A stretch of 7,729 bases of DNA, taken from the NCBI RefSeq assembly GCF_006345805.1, contig NW_021828775.1, positions 1 through 7,729 on the forward strand, read 5' to 3'. The DNA is from Octopus sinensis (Eukaryota). Positions 1 to 7,028 of this stretch are shown here, piece after piece. Below the pieces are notes generated by a model, which saw only the letters and a program-made list of their open reading frames with translations, made no database searches and had not been told where the DNA came from. How positions within the stretch are numbered: position 1 is the first letter of the stretch; each line of letters begins with the position of its first letter. The translations under genes were made by a program, and so were the position numbers.

Positions 1-13
1 TCAAGTGTTCTCT

Positions 14-241
14 GATGTTAGGGGTGATATGGTCGCAGAAATTGTCTGACAGCCATCACTGGGTTCCTCTGCTTGTCTGGCATAGTGCAGAGTTCTGTTG
101 CCAGACATAGGGTTTTCCAGCAGCCACCTTCTTCACCCAGGGTAGCACTACCTCTTCCAGGCACTTGATGTAGGCCTCCGTGTTGAGTTTGAGACCGTGT
201 GGGGAAATGGATGGAAGCATAACATCGCCATCACTAGTGAT
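14..241 (-). pseudogene. Degenerate Tc1/mariner (IS630-Tc1-mariner, possibly maT/DD37D-like) transposase fragment, catalytic-domain region
   Basis: The minus strand reads ITSDGDVMLPSISPHGLKLNTEAYIKCLEEVVLPWVKKVAAGKPYVWQQNSALCQTSRGTQ*WLSDNFCDHITPNI, continuing in frame through the TGA at 56-58. LNTEAYIKCLEEVVLPW and YVWQQ(D)SA(P)C(H)TS match the Tc1/mariner 'Y..L...V.P....Y.(F/W)QQD.AP.H.S' pattern around the second catalytic Asp, which is Asn here. Similarity stops at about 14, just before the expected WPPNSPD motif. Subfamily assignment is from recall. Confidence 0.88.
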
Positions 242-263
242 GGCGATGTTATGCGTCCATCCA
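208..263. repeat. 56-bp near-perfect palindrome (perfect 38-bp core, 217-254)
   Basis: GCATAACATCGCCATCACT|AGTGATGGCGATGTTATGC is its own reverse complement (centre between 235 and 236). It extends to 208-263 with one mismatch (216/255). Confidence 0.97.
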
Positions 264-870
264 CTGGATCCAGCCAGTAGCATAACTAGGTAGAGGATGA
301 TGGGCCGGTCCAACCAAGACGATGCTTTTATGGAGCTGCTACATAAGCGTCTATAAGCTCGAAGGCTCAGGAGCTAATCCAGGCGGCACATTCTCTATCT
401 ACACGAGTGGTCCCAACCAGTAAACTCGCACCGAAACTGCGTCGCGAACCAGGATTATCGGCAGATTGTAAGGCTTTCCATCCTAACAACACGCCATTCA
501 TCGTGAAGAACACTTTGAATTATCACGCAGAGACAATTCCTTCGCCTTGTATTCTCACGAACAGAACATCGATCGACAGAGTCTACCGAAGAACATTGTG
601 TTGGCGCGTACTTCAAGTATAAACTGCGCCAGTAATGAGTAGAGCACTCCAGGAAAGCAATCAGAATATGTTTACAGCTGTTGGATTCCCAGCTCAAAGT
701 TGACGTTGGTAATAATTGCTGTTCGGGCGACAGTTGGAGAAAGATCCAATTGACCAAGACGTCCGATAAGAGTTTCGTTATAATATTAATTAATATATCA
801 TCATGTCTCTTTTTAATTGGTTCATTAAAGATTGTTGTTAGCATTGCATAGAGTCTCTCCTATACACAAG

Positions 871-908
<38 letters not shown>

Positions 909-1767
909 AATATACACACAAACGCGTGCACACACATACTGGATATATATGCATACACATTTATAAACGCTCACGCTTATACATACATACATACATACAT
1001 ATATATATACATACATACATACATATATATATACACACATACATACATACATACATACATATATGTATCTATGTATATATGTATACACAGGTTTACATAC
1101 AATTTTACACACAAATATTCACATACAGACATACGTAGAAACATACATTGATGCATTGGAAATATTCATTCACACACACACACACACAGATAACCACACT
1201 ATCGTTCATACATATATATATACGCATGCTTGTACATTCACGCACAAATGAATATTCACACACACACACTCACGATTACACGCGCTTAGACACGCACACA
1301 CACATTCACACACACTCACACACAATCACACACACAATCACACTCACACACACACAGTAACACACACACACTCTCACACACACAATCACACACACACTCT
1401 CACATACAGACACACACACAATCCTACACACTCTCTCTCTCTCTGACACACTCACCCATACAGAAAGAGAGAAATTCACAAAAATTCTCATTTAGATACA
1501 TACAGATACATATAAATGATCACTCACACACACACACGTACACACACACACACACACACGTACACACACACACACACACACCCACACACACACGTACACA
1601 CACACATACACACACCCACACACACACACACACACCACACACAAACACACGCATCCTCAGAGAGGGAGATAAGCACAGAAACACAACACAGGCATCTCAT
1701 ACATTCACACACAAATACACACACACACACACACACTCATCACAAACATTCACACACACACACACAC
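871..1767. repeat. Compound microsatellite: (TA)13, (TACA)n, (TA)n and a long imperfect (CA)n
   Basis: Seen directly: TA run at 871-896, TACA/TA blocks at about 979-1085, CA-rich tracts at 1170-1767. Confidence 0.97.
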
Positions 1768-1876
1768 CCTTCCTATGTCCTTCCTGTTTTAGCTCTAAGA
1801 TATGAATCTCTCACACAATGGCCTTCTCTTTTCCTCCACACCGTCTGACCCTCTACAGTTTCTCCTCATTAACTTC

Positions 1877-2041
1877 GTTGTTGTTGTTGTTCTTATTATT
1901 ATTATTATTATTATTCCTCTTCTCTTTCTTCTTTTCCTCCTTCCCCTTCGTCCTTCTCCTCCTCCTCCTTCTCCTTCTCTTATTGCAATTGTGTTTATTA
2001 TTATTGCTCTCCTCCTCCTTCTTCATGAGAGCAGATTATTA
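1877..2041. repeat. Compound trinucleotide / pyrimidine-rich tract (GTT)n (ATT)n (CTT/CCT)n
   Basis: Seen directly. It produces the poly-Leu/Val/Ile/Pro pseudo-ORFs 1802..2068 and 1818..2282. Confidence 0.95.
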
Positions 2042-2151
2042 TTTCATCCTTTCGGGGTCCATAAATAAAGTACCAGTTGTGTACTGGGGTCGATCTGATA
2101 GACTGGCTCCCTCCCCCAAAATTTCAGTCCTTGTGCCTTTAGTAGAAAAAA
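2042..2151 (+). mobile_element. 5'-truncated SINE (3' module of the family at 2282-2700)
   Basis: TTTCATCCTTTCGGGGTCCATAAATAAAGTACCAGTTGTGTACTGGGGTCGATCTGATAGACTGG...CCCTCCCCCAAAATTTCAGTCCTTGTGCC aligns with 2388-2450 and 2571-2680 in this window. It has no A/B box and is followed by a trinucleotide tail. Confidence 0.88.
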
Positions 2152-2215
2152 CGATGATGATGATAGTAATGGTTGTTGTTGTTTTTCATCATCATCATCA
2201 TCATCGTTATCATCA

Positions 2216-2278
<63 letters not shown>
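2152..2278. repeat. (GAT)n (GTT)n (CAT)n (ATT)20 tract, likely an expanded SINE tail
   Basis: Perfect (ATT)20 at 2218-2277 directly 3' of the SINE fragment. The downstream SINE of the same family also ends in ATT-like repeats (about 2686-2700). Confidence 0.93.
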
Positions 2279-2279
<1 letters not shown>

Positions 2280-2281
2280 TG

Positions 2282-2700
2282 AAGGCGGCGAGCTGGCAGA
2301 AACGTTAGCACGCCGGACGAAATGCGTAGCCGCATTTCGTCTGCCGTTACGTTCTGAGTTCAAATTCCGCCAAGGTCGACTTTGCTATTCATCCTTTCGG
2401 GGTCGATAAATTAAGTACCAGTTACGCACTGGGATCGATGTAATCGACTTAATCCCTTTGTCTGTCCTTGTTTGTACCCTCTGTGTTTAGCCCCCTGTGG
2501 GTAGTAAAGAAACAGACATTTCGTCTGTCTTTACGTTCTGAGTTCAAATTCCTCCGAGGTTGACTTTGCCTTTCATCGTTTCGGATTCGATAAAATAACT
2601 ACCAGTGAAACACTGGGGTCGACATAACTATCTTGTCCCCCTCCCTCCATAATTTCAGACCTTGCGCCTCTAATAAAAACGGTAATTATCCTTATTATTT
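2282..2700 (+). mobile_element. Dimeric tRNA-derived SINE (octopus-type)
   Basis: A-box-like TGGCAGAAACG at 2294-2304 and B-box-like GAGTTCAAATTCC at 2356-2368. A second monomer starting at about 2516 repeats CATTTCGTCTG...GTTCTGAGTTCAAATTCC...GACTTTGC..TTCATC.TTTCGG..TCGATAAA with a 184-bp period (second B box 2540-2552, no A box). Ends in an A/ATT-rich tail. Confidence 0.9.
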
Positions 2701-2966
2701 GTATTATTTTTACGTAGTTGTTTGTTGTTTTTCTTTGTTGCTGCTGTGGTTCTGAATTCTTCAAAATAACAACGAAAACGGTTCGATCGGTACTCCAAGT
2801 GTTAAAGAGTTCCTGTATTCTACCGCGGGGTTTAATTCCATATCCAAAGTTAATTTAATTAACTAATTAATTAATTAATTTCATTTTGCATGTTAATAAA
2901 CAACTCTAGTGTTATTAATTACATATTTACGAAGGGCTCCCTTACGACAGTGACAACGGAATTCAT

Positions 2967-3158
2967 TCAAAGATCATCCAACTATGACCATCCTGCCTCT
3001 AATTTAGGAACGCGTTATCCAATATCTCTTTCTTTCTTCCTTTTATTGTTATGCATTATTGTTGTTTGACCCCAGGCCAACCCTGATCTAGCAGACCGAG
3101 GATCAAAGGCGTTCCAAATGTGGCTATCCTGTCGTTAATTTAGGTTCATATTATCCAA
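2967..3158 (+). repeat. Diverged direct duplication, two 56-bp copies 136 bp apart
   Basis: 2967-3022 versus 3103-3158 gives 40/56 ungapped identities (TCAAAG....TCCAA.T.TG.C.ATCCTG.C..TAATTTAGG..C...TTATCCAA). Confidence 0.7.
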
Positions 3159-3191
3159 AGTTTATTTCCTTCGTTCATATTATTCAAAAGA

Positions 3192-3420
3192 GGCGCAATG
3201 GCCCAGTGGTTAGGGCAGCGGACTCGCGGTCGGAGGATCGCAGTTTCGATTCCCAGACCGGGCGTTGTATGTGTTTATTGAGAGAGAACACTTAAAAGCT
3301 CCACGAGGCTTCGGCAGTGGGTGGTGGCGACCCCTGTTGTACTCTTTCGCCACAACTATATTAAACGGTGGTGCATCAGCATGGCCACAACACTGAGCTG
3401 AAACTAGAGAAAAAAAAGAA
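3192..3420 (+). mobile_element. tRNA-derived SINE, short and probably chimeric or internally deleted copy
   Basis: A box TGGCCCAGTGG at 3199-3209 and B box GTTTCGATTCC at 3243-3253. The 3' end (3361-3410) aligns with the 3' end of the SINE at 3896-3946. A-rich tail at 3405-3420. Confidence 0.87.
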
Positions 3421-3554
3421 TATTAAGAAGAATATTCATCTTAATAATCTTCTGGATAACCTTAAACTTTAACTGTATACAATATAGCAACATTGTTTTA
3501 TAGTATTTAACTGTAGTACTACATGATAAGACCTCCCCCTGTTTCATTATAAAT

Positions 3555-3956
3555 AGGCGCAGGAGTGGCTGTGTACTAAGTAGCTTGTTTACCAACCACA
3601 TGGTTCCGGGTTCAGTCCCACTGCGTGGCACCTTGGGCAAGTGTCTTCTACTATAGCCTCGGGCCGACCAAAGCCTTGTGAGTGGATTTGGTAGACGGAA
3701 ACTGAAAGAAGCCCGTCGTATATATGTATATGTATGTGTATGTATATGTTTGTGTGTCTGTGTTTGTCCCCCTAGCATTGCTTGACAACCGATGCTGGTG
3801 TGTTTATGTCCCCGTAACTTAGCGGTTCGGCTAAAGAGACCGATAGAATAAGTACTGGGCTTACAAAGAATAGGTCCCGGGGTCGAGTTGCTCGACTAAA
3901 GGCGGTGCTCCAGCATGGCCGCAGTCAAATGACTGAAACAAGGAAAAGAGAAAAGA
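3555..3956 (+). mobile_element. Full-length tRNA-derived SINE (octopus-type, possibly CORE-related) with an internal TA/TG microsatellite
   Basis: A-box-like TGGCTGTGTAC at 3566-3576 and B box GGTTCAGTCCC at 3609-3619. ACCTTGGGCAAGT (3630-3642) is a motif also found in MIR/CORE SINEs. Internal (TATATG/TG)n at 3719-3765. 3' end CCAGCATGGCCGCAGTCAAATGACTGAAAC followed by an AAAAGAG tail. Confidence 0.92.
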
Positions 3957-4491
3957 GGGAGAGTCTGCTTGTGGGCGACCCCTTAATTATCAGCTAACAT
4001 CTTGTCTTAAGTTTTCCCTTACTAAACCTCATGACATTGCTTCTAATAAATCTTGATTTTTATGACTATACCATCTAGAATGTCTGTCTACCCCCTCAAC
4101 CCTACCCTAAACAGATACTGCCCTCTGTTTTCTCTCAGCCTTAAATGTACAAGGGATTTGATAAACTAGTCTATAAATAAAAAATGACCCCTTAAATAAA
4201 CAAAAAAAATCAGTGACAGGCAGTGTCTTCTTGAAAAATTTTAGTTACGGCTATGCTGTTGTAGGTACAACATGTCCTTTGTCTATCTCCTTAAATTCTT
4301 CGAGATTTTAGGTATAATTATACTAATGTGTCCATCTGTTCTAATTTAATTAAATTCTATGTCTTTGTGCAGCTGAAGATTGCTCTACATTTTAAATTGA
4401 TGTACTGATTGCATTGTTCAATTAAATAGAGTTGCATGAAACGATCGTACTGCATTACCTCTGGATATCCTTGTTGCTTATTTTGATTTAA

Positions 4492-4505
4492 ATAGATAGA
4501 TAGAG

Positions 4506-4550
<45 letters not shown>

Positions 4551-4688
4551 TGTATATATATATGAGTGTATGTGTATATATATACATGTGTTTAATATGT
4601 GTGTGTGTGTGTGTGTATGTATATTCATATATATATATTATATATATATTATATATATATATATAATATATATATATATATACATACA
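4492..4688. repeat. Compound microsatellite (GATA)n-(TA/TG)n-(TA)n
   Basis: Seen directly. Confidence 0.96.
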
Positions 4689-4905
4689 TGGAAATGAACG
4701 CATCTGAATGGTTAAGCGCATGTATAATTAGAGACGCCATTAGCATTGGAAACTGATTTTAATTAACGTTGTATCTAATTGATGGAGTAAATAAGATTTC
4801 TTTTCAACGACTGCCTGTGTGAGAACAACCGCCATTAAGAAGCATTTGCGTATAACATATCATCAGTGAAATCCTGACTAATGGATAGGAGATGGGTGAG
4901 GAGGC

Positions 4906-4928
4906 GGGCAAAGGGGTGGGCAGAGGGG
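4906..4928 (+). other. Putative G-quadruplex motif
   Basis: GGG-CAAA-GGGG-T-GGG-CAGA-GGGG fits G3+N1-7 x4. Extra G-runs at 4894-4896, 4942-4944 and 4947-4950. Motif match only. Confidence 0.5.
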
Positions 4929-5254
4929 TAGAGAAACTGTTGGGTAGGGGACACTGTGGTATATGGAGACGGGTACCTCGGTTGACAGATTGGCAGACAG
5001 AGGAGTGGGATCTTTTCAAATTTGTGGCCAGGACCCCAGATCTTTCTAGTTAACTAAATAATTTGAAACTTTGTGTACTCATAGAGTGGAACTAGTTTAT
5101 TCGCCAGTTGGAACTAGTTTATTTGAGAAAAATCTATTTTATGACTTTAATCGTAGATTAAAACTGCGAATTTTAACCAATGAGATTGCTTGTTTTCATA
5201 TCTAAAACGTTACTGCGATCTGTTAGGGTGACGTTGAAAGCAGTTTTGTGACGT

Positions 5255-5518
5255 CTGCTATTTCTAAAAAGCTTTGTGTGTGGTAAAGTAATTTTTTTAC
5301 TTTAATATTTTATAAATTATATCGGAGAATCCATATTTTTATAACATATATCGGAGAATCCATGTGATTTTTCGTTGTTTTCTCTTATACGTATGTGAAT
5401 TATTCTGAGTATGCATTGTCTGGAGACTTTTTCTTGCAGTTGAGAAATTTTTGGCTGCTATTTCTAAAAAGCTCGGTGTGTGGTTAAGTAATTTTTTTAC
5501 TTACCATATTTTTATAAA

Positions 5519-5521
<3 letters not shown>
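5255..5521 (+). repeat. About 67-bp direct repeat pair with a 200-bp period inside the TIR element
   Basis: 5255-5300 vs 5455-5500 gives 43/46 identity (CTGCTATTTCTAAAAAGCT..GTGTGTGGT.AAGTAATTTTTTTAC), continuing to TTTATAAATT at about 5318 and 5520. Confidence 0.92.
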
Positions 5522-5522
<1 letters not shown>

Positions 5523-5577
<55 letters not shown>

Positions 5578-5785
5578 TACTCGGTGTATGTGTTATGTAT
5601 GGTCTGCATGTGTGTGTGTATGTATGTGTGTGTGTGTGTAAGTATGTGTAAAAAATTACATTGAATCGGCCATACATACATACATACATACACATACACA
5701 GATACATACACACTAACAGAAGCACTTCACTTACACAACATACTGTCTCCCACACCCCATCAAACAACACACACACACACATGTA
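5523..5785. repeat. Microsatellites inside the TIR element: (TA)25, TG-rich tract, TACA/CA-rich tract
   Basis: (TA)25 at 5523-5572, TG-rich at about 5585-5649, CA/TACA-rich at about 5671-5785. Confidence 0.95.
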
Positions 5786-6119
5786 CATCAATGCTTCCCC
5801 TAGACGGTAACTTCAAAGACAAACTTTTGTTATTAGAAGGTGGCTGACTATAACTTGTTTACATTTAAGATGTTTAATACGTCACGAAATTGGTGGTCGA
5901 GACGGAGTAAATAAAATAAAGCCGAATGACGGAATATCATTGGTTAAAATTCTAATTATTAACACAACTTAAACTTAGAATTACAATTCCGTTTTCATTC
6001 TGGTTTACAATTAAGTTTACTTTTGACACATTCTACCAGTATACGAAGTTTCAAATTGTTTGGTTCAGTAGGAAAAATTTGAAAAAACTGGCTTCAGAAT
6101 AGAAAAGATCCGAGGAGTG

Positions 6120-6210
6120 AGAAAGAGAGGGAGAGACAAAGAGATGCGCGCGTGTGTGTGTCTGTGCGAGAGAGAGACAAACAGACAGACAGGCGGATGG
6201 ATAGACGGGT

Positions 6211-6249
<39 letters not shown>

Positions 6250-6326
6250 AATGGACAGACAGATAGATAGACAGACGAATAAACAGGTGGATGGATAGAT
6301 AGGTAGATAGAGAGAGAGAGACAGAC

Positions 6327-6364
<38 letters not shown>

Positions 6365-6720
6365 TGGACAGGTGGATGGATATGGATAGGTAGATAGACA
6401 AATAGGTAGAGAGAAAGAGAGACAGACAGACAGACAGATAGACAGGCGGATGGATAGACGGGTAGATAGGTAAATAGATAGAGACAGACAGACAGACAGA
6501 CAGGCTGACACAGGCAGAAATAGACAGAAGACAAAATAGCAGACACACAGAAAGATAACCAAACACAAAGACAGAGATTGGGAGAGACAGACAGACAGAC
6601 AGAGACAGATAGAATGACTGACAGACGGGCAGGTAGGCAGCAAAAAGATAGTCAGACAAACAGTTAGACAGACAGGCAGACACGCAGTCAGACAGGCAGG
6701 TAGACAGGCTGCTAGGCATG
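6120..6720. repeat. Purine-rich (GACA/GATA/GA)n array with higher-order units of about 75-95 bp
   Basis: The motif AGGYGGATGGATA...GGTAGATAG recurs at 6191, 6285, 6370 and 6444. An exact 30-mer is shared by 6187-6216 and 6440-6469. Confidence 0.93.
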
Positions 6721-7028
6721 CAGGTAGATATGCAAATGAGAAATTCGTTTCAATTAAATTTATTTTAAGGTAATAAATATTTGAAAATTAATATTCATCT
6801 CACCATTTTGTATAAGCACCAAGAAATATGATGAATGTTAGATTATAATTATTGCATGCATTCCAAATTACCTAATATTACTCACAGTAGGAAAAGTATA
6901 ATCCAAAAATTTCACCATTTTTGTGATGAGCAACATTGAAGAGTTTACTAGTTTCTTTCAACGATTTTGTCCTAAACAAGGCTTAAGGTTTCGTTCAAAC
7001 CCGTACGATTTAATAACTTATAAAGGCT

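Larger units (their letters stand above)
5008..6111. mobile_element. Non-autonomous DNA transposon / large MITE with long imperfect TIRs and 8-bp TSD (Merlin- or Mutator-like)
   Basis: Termini GGATCTTTTC (5008-5017) and GAAAAGATCC (6102-6111) are exact reverse complements. GAGGAGTG flanks both sides directly (5000-5007 and 6112-6119). Collinear inverted blocks continue inward: 5047-5088 vs 6029-6070 (33/42), 5168-5183 vs 5937-5952 (16/16), GTGACGT 5248-5254 vs 5879-5885. No transposase ORF inside. Confidence 0.85.

Noticed and set aside
56-313. 85-aa ORF read as an intact secreted protein with a hydrophobic N-terminus
   Set aside because: Its N-terminus comes from the palindrome arm and unrelated DNA; the remainder is a transposase fragment with the catalytic Asp lost and a premature stop.
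825-1848. ORFs encoding HT/YI/CV-repeat peptides
   Set aside because: They are translations of CA/TA/TACA microsatellites that lack stop codons by composition.
1802-2409. Hydrophobic poly-Leu/Ile/Tyr/His ORFs that look like membrane or signal peptides
   Set aside because: They are translations of trinucleotide tracts and SINE sequence.
3192-3268. Possible tRNA gene
   Set aside because: A and B boxes are present, but the acceptor, T and anticodon stems do not pair properly and the sequence continues into a SINE body.
3175-3440. Target-site duplications around the SINEs at 3192 and 3555
   Set aside because: Only short AT-rich matches such as TATTCA were found; no unambiguous TSD.
3404-3778. 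124-aa minus-strand ORF
   Set aside because: It is mostly the antisense of a SINE plus AT-rich flank, with no recognisable domain.
4096-4111. CAACCCTACCCTAAA read as telomere-like repeat
   Set aside because: Only about two degenerate units, too short to be meaningful.
5255-5521. Repeat-spacer-repeat pattern read as a CRISPR-like array or LTR pair
   Set aside because: There are only two copies of about 67 bp with a 133-bp spacer, in a eukaryotic context with no cas genes, and no TG...CA ends, PBS or PPT.
6051-6719. Three overlapping 150-222-aa minus-strand ORFs (SVCL/SIYL repeats)
   Set aside because: They are translations of the GACA/GATA array, which is open in all three frames.
6730-6737. 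Octamer motif ATGCAAAT
   Set aside because: A single 8-mer in AT-rich DNA with no snRNA or promoter context; expected by chance.
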